DNA of 64,000 nt from Perkinsela sp. CCAP 1560/9. Its lineage: Eukaryota > Protista > Euglenozoa: Kinetoplastea. The stretch covers positions 1,736,001-1,800,000 of the forward strand of contig CBFFSA010000001.1 of NCBI GenBank assembly GCA_965644495.1. The letters are read 5' to 3'. Below, in pieces: positions 60,901-64,000 of this stretch (position 1 is its first letter; each line of letters starts with the position of its first letter). Below the pieces are notes generated by a model. The model did no database searches. It was given only the letters and a program-made list of their open reading frames with translations, and was not told where the DNA came from. Position numbers and translations under genes: made by a program.

Positions 60901-61669
60901 AACCGGTTGACCTCTCGGGGAACTAACCCCCCACGTCGACGGTGACCTCATTGTCTTTGAAGTTAAAAGAAACTGCTGTTCAAAGTTTGAACACAAGTTC
61001 CTTCAACACTTTCATGACGAACTCTTCTTTACTCGATACTATCATGACAGGTGTGAGAGAAGCTGTGAGAGACACCTCGACCTGGTCAAAGCTCAAAGTC
61101 CAAGGTCCTTGTAACGGCAAGGCAAGCTGGAACTTTAACCTTCGTTTAAAGATTCCTAAGCCCACAGCACAGGGGAGCCCCACAGCCAAAGGACTGGGAA
61201 GTGAAGTGAGCGGGTAACACATTTCGGGTTGTTATGCTTTATTATAAAGAGGGCTGTTATGCTTTATTACAAGAGGGTTTGGAGGGACGTGTGGGGGACA
61301 GAGAGCCGTTCCCTCGACTTTATGCTTTAGCAGGATTAGGGGTCGAGGGAACCGGAGGGGGTGGAGGGAGGGAGACCGGCTGCCAGGGGAGGGGGGATGG
61401 GAGGGTAGGGATGAGATTGACGCTTGGGTCGGGTGTGGGAGGGAATCTGTGTTGGGGTTGGAGCCCGGCGTTTCGCTTTGGCGATCGATCGGGTTCCTGG
61501 CGGAGATTCGGGGCCGCAAGTCGTTGAGATCTTATGATTCTACAAAACTTTACAATGTGGTAGAAGTAGCAACCACCAAGGTAAGGAAGTTCAGTATATC
61601 ACGATTGTGTAGTAGTAAAACCAGGGTATAGTGCAGGGTATGTGGTAACTCTTAGCTTATCGTAGTTAA

Positions 61670-62120
61670 AATATTTTGGTCAAAAGGGCATATTTTTGTA
61701 CCAAAATTTGGTTTTATTGAAATTTCTCCCCGACGAGTGGAAAACAGTTCTTAAACTTACAAAAATATATTACCGTTCCTCAGTAATATTGTACAGAAAT
61801 ATTACAAATGCTTGTATTTCGGGATTGCAATCACCTTTCACATTCGCATGGCGCTGAAGAGTTTTTAGAAATTCTAGGAAGGAATGTTCATCCCGTAAGT
61901 CAATGGTAGGATTTTACTCAAATATATCACACCCTTCGCAGTAGAGGCTCATATTGTTGCGCGAAATAGAATTTTAAAGGTGATGCTAACTTTCTTTTAA
62001 TAACGGTTCCTTTGTAATGGAGGATTCCAATAAAATATTTAAATTTATTCAAATGTTACAAAAATCGTTTTCAGTCAGTCGGAAGAGTCGGTACAAAAAT
62101 ATGCCCTTTTCACCAATATT
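61670..62120. mobile_element. MITE flanked by TTAA (Kolobok/piggyBac-type target)
   Basis: ~31-bp TIR AATATT(TT)GGT.AAAAGGGCATATTTTTGTACC; TTAA on both sides. Confidence 0.7.
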
Positions 62121-62185
62121 TTAAATGGTTTCGTGCACTCTAATTACTCTAAATAAAAACAATTGCTGCAATTTAAGCTCGCATA

Positions 62186-63100
62186 ATGCTTTCATTTTCT
62201 GAGGCTATGGATCTTCCGGAGCGTAGCATCATCACAGCGAAACGCCCCAGTAAAATACGGGGAACGCAGCTACCCCAGGAATACGAACTTGCGCAGTTCA
62301 CGGCGGACATTATCTATCCCGATCCCTCCTGGAACACCTCCCTCTCGGCGTGCGAGTGGGGTGGGGTGAGTTGTTCGAAAGACCAAAAAGTTGTCGCCAT
62401 CGATTGGGTGCGGTACCGTCTTACCGGGTCCCTACGCTGGGAGTTTCTGTGCCCCACGCTGCTCCATCTGTCCATGATGGATAACGCGCTGAGCGGAGCG
62501 GTAGCCCTGGAGCAACTCCCGGGGGCGCTCACTATGTTGGATATCCGACATAACGAGTTTTCCGGTGTCCTCGATTTGGCCCATCTCCCGGAAATGTCGA
62601 AACAGTTTGCGTTAAGTGGGAATCGGTTGCATGGGGCTGTGGTGCTCACCGAGCTCCCGAGCTTGTTATTTGAATTAATGCTGCATGACAACGAGTTAGA
62701 GGGGAATGTTGATTTAACTAACCTCCCCGGGACGCTGTCTTATCTGTTTCTTCGTCGTAATCGATTCACCGGGGTCGTGGATCTCACGCATCTTGCACAA
62801 AAGCTATTTTATCTGGACCTTTCGAAAAACGAATTTTACGGATCACTTTGTTTGCAGCATTTACCTTCGTCGATGGAAGTTTTAGATTGTGCGAATAACG
62901 ATTTCAGTGGCACAGTCTTTTTTCATGACCTCCCCGAGGGCTTGCGTTTTCTTGTGCTAAGCCGTAATGCTGAACTTTGTGGTGAAATCGATCCGGATTT
63001 GCTGCCCGAGGGGTTGAAGAACATCAGTTTGCAGGATGAGCGCGCGGGAAGGAAGCTTCTCGGCGTGGATGGCACACGGATAACCGTAAAAAGCAATTGA
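62186..63100 (+). CDS. LRR protein
   Basis: LPQEYELA..SW...ACEWGGVSC plus ~8 LRRs. Confidence 0.93.
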   Translation: MLSFSEAMDLPERSIITAKRPSKIRGTQLPQEYELAQFTADIIYPDPSWNTSLSACEWGGVSCSKDQKVVAIDWVRYRLTGSLRWEFLCPTLLHLSMMDNALSGAVALEQLPGALTMLDIRHNEFSGVLDLAHLPEMSKQFALSGNRLHGAVVLTELPSLLFELMLHDNELEGNVDLTNLPGTLSYLFLRRNRFTGVVDLTHLAQKLFYLDLSKNEFYGSLCLQHLPSSMEVLDCANNDFSGTVFFHDLPEGLRFLVLSRNAELCGEIDPDLLPEGLKNISLQDERAGRKLLGVDGTRITVKSN

Positions 63101-63409
63101 GGAAATATTTGTAGAGGTTAACATGAAGGCATCAGGGGATTTGACCTTTATAGGCACATTGCACCTTTACACTGTATTGCGGTGGGTGTTTTCCACCTCT
63201 TTCTTCCTTATGGACTCTTTCCTAATGTACTCGGGGTCGGGTGAAACTACAAAAGCGTCAAAATTCGCCTCATTGTGTTGCGGGCACACCTACACTGCAT
63301 GTTGTAATACGTTGTACATTCCTTGTGAGTTTTCCGTTCAGGTGATTTGTCACGAAAATAACCAGGATAGAATTAACCAATCGAAACAATATTTTTCACA
63401 AGCATTATA

Positions 63410-63750
63410 GCGAACTTACCCCAGGAATACGAAATTTACCACAGATATTGAAAATTCTGATTCCTCTTGGAACACATACGTACCTGCGTGTGACTGAACA
63501 GGTGTGCGTTGTGCAACAAATCTCGAAGTTGTCGGGATCGAGTGGACCGATGTGGGACTCAAAGGCTCCCTCCAGTGGAGGTATTTATGGGCCACATTTC
63601 GTCAAATTCGAGCAGAAAAAAATCACTTTACCAGGGGGGTACCTTTTTGAGATGCTTCCTTCCCACCTAGCCTTCTTGGTGGTACCATACAATCAATTCA
63701 CACGTGGCTTAGACACATCTGCGTTACCCGCTGGACTTACCCGCTGGACT
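63410..63750 (+). pseudogene. Degraded LRR gene
   Basis: NLPQEYE, SWNT..PAC remnant, YNQFTRGLDTSALP. Confidence 0.65.
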
Positions 63751-64000
63751 CTTATTGTTCTCGTGTCGCAATTCTCTTTAGGCTCCTCGTTAAACGCGGT
63801 GGTTATTTTTAACTTAGAAGTCACTCATGCTGCGCGCTTCGCGTTGAAAACTACCACCGCGTTTAACGAAGAGCCTAAAGAGAAAAATTGGCCAGGAACG
63901 CGGAAGAAAACGGAAGGATTTGAGCCAAAAATAGCCGATTTTTAGGTAAAAATAGGGACATTTCTACGTACGCTCTCAGAGCACTAAATCCGACATTTCG

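Overview
Eukaryotic, intron-free, transposon-saturated locus, most likely from a kinetoplastid or other euglenozoan. The evidence is spliced-leader (SL) exon sequence AAAGATACAGTTTCTGTACCTTGTTG|GT, with all host genes on the + strand. The backbone is an array of about 12 intact and 5 broken or partial leucine-rich-repeat (LRR) genes with an LRRNT_2-like cap. Several carry an NLS-like N-terminus, and close paralogs differ mainly at exposed beta-strand positions. Between them lie nested mobile elements: a Harbinger/IS5-like element (4-bp TSD), hAT (6-bp TSD), pogo, Tc1, many Merlin/IS1595-like remnants, MITEs, CRE-like fragments and two RT+REL non-LTR retrotransposons. Four observations stand out. 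(1) One retrotransposon is flanked by a 28-bp duplication of the SL exon 3' end and carries four Mer3/HFM1-type Cys/His fingers; its relative has inserted at an SL-mimic inside an LRR gene. (2) A 2.66-kb Tc1 element is one giant palindrome carrying two head-to-head transposase genes. (3) The LRR receptor-like array is diversifying, mosaic and probably nuclear. (4) A repeated three-way-junction RNA-like motif lies downstream of the SL relic. All family assignments come from motifs read by eye; no database search was run.
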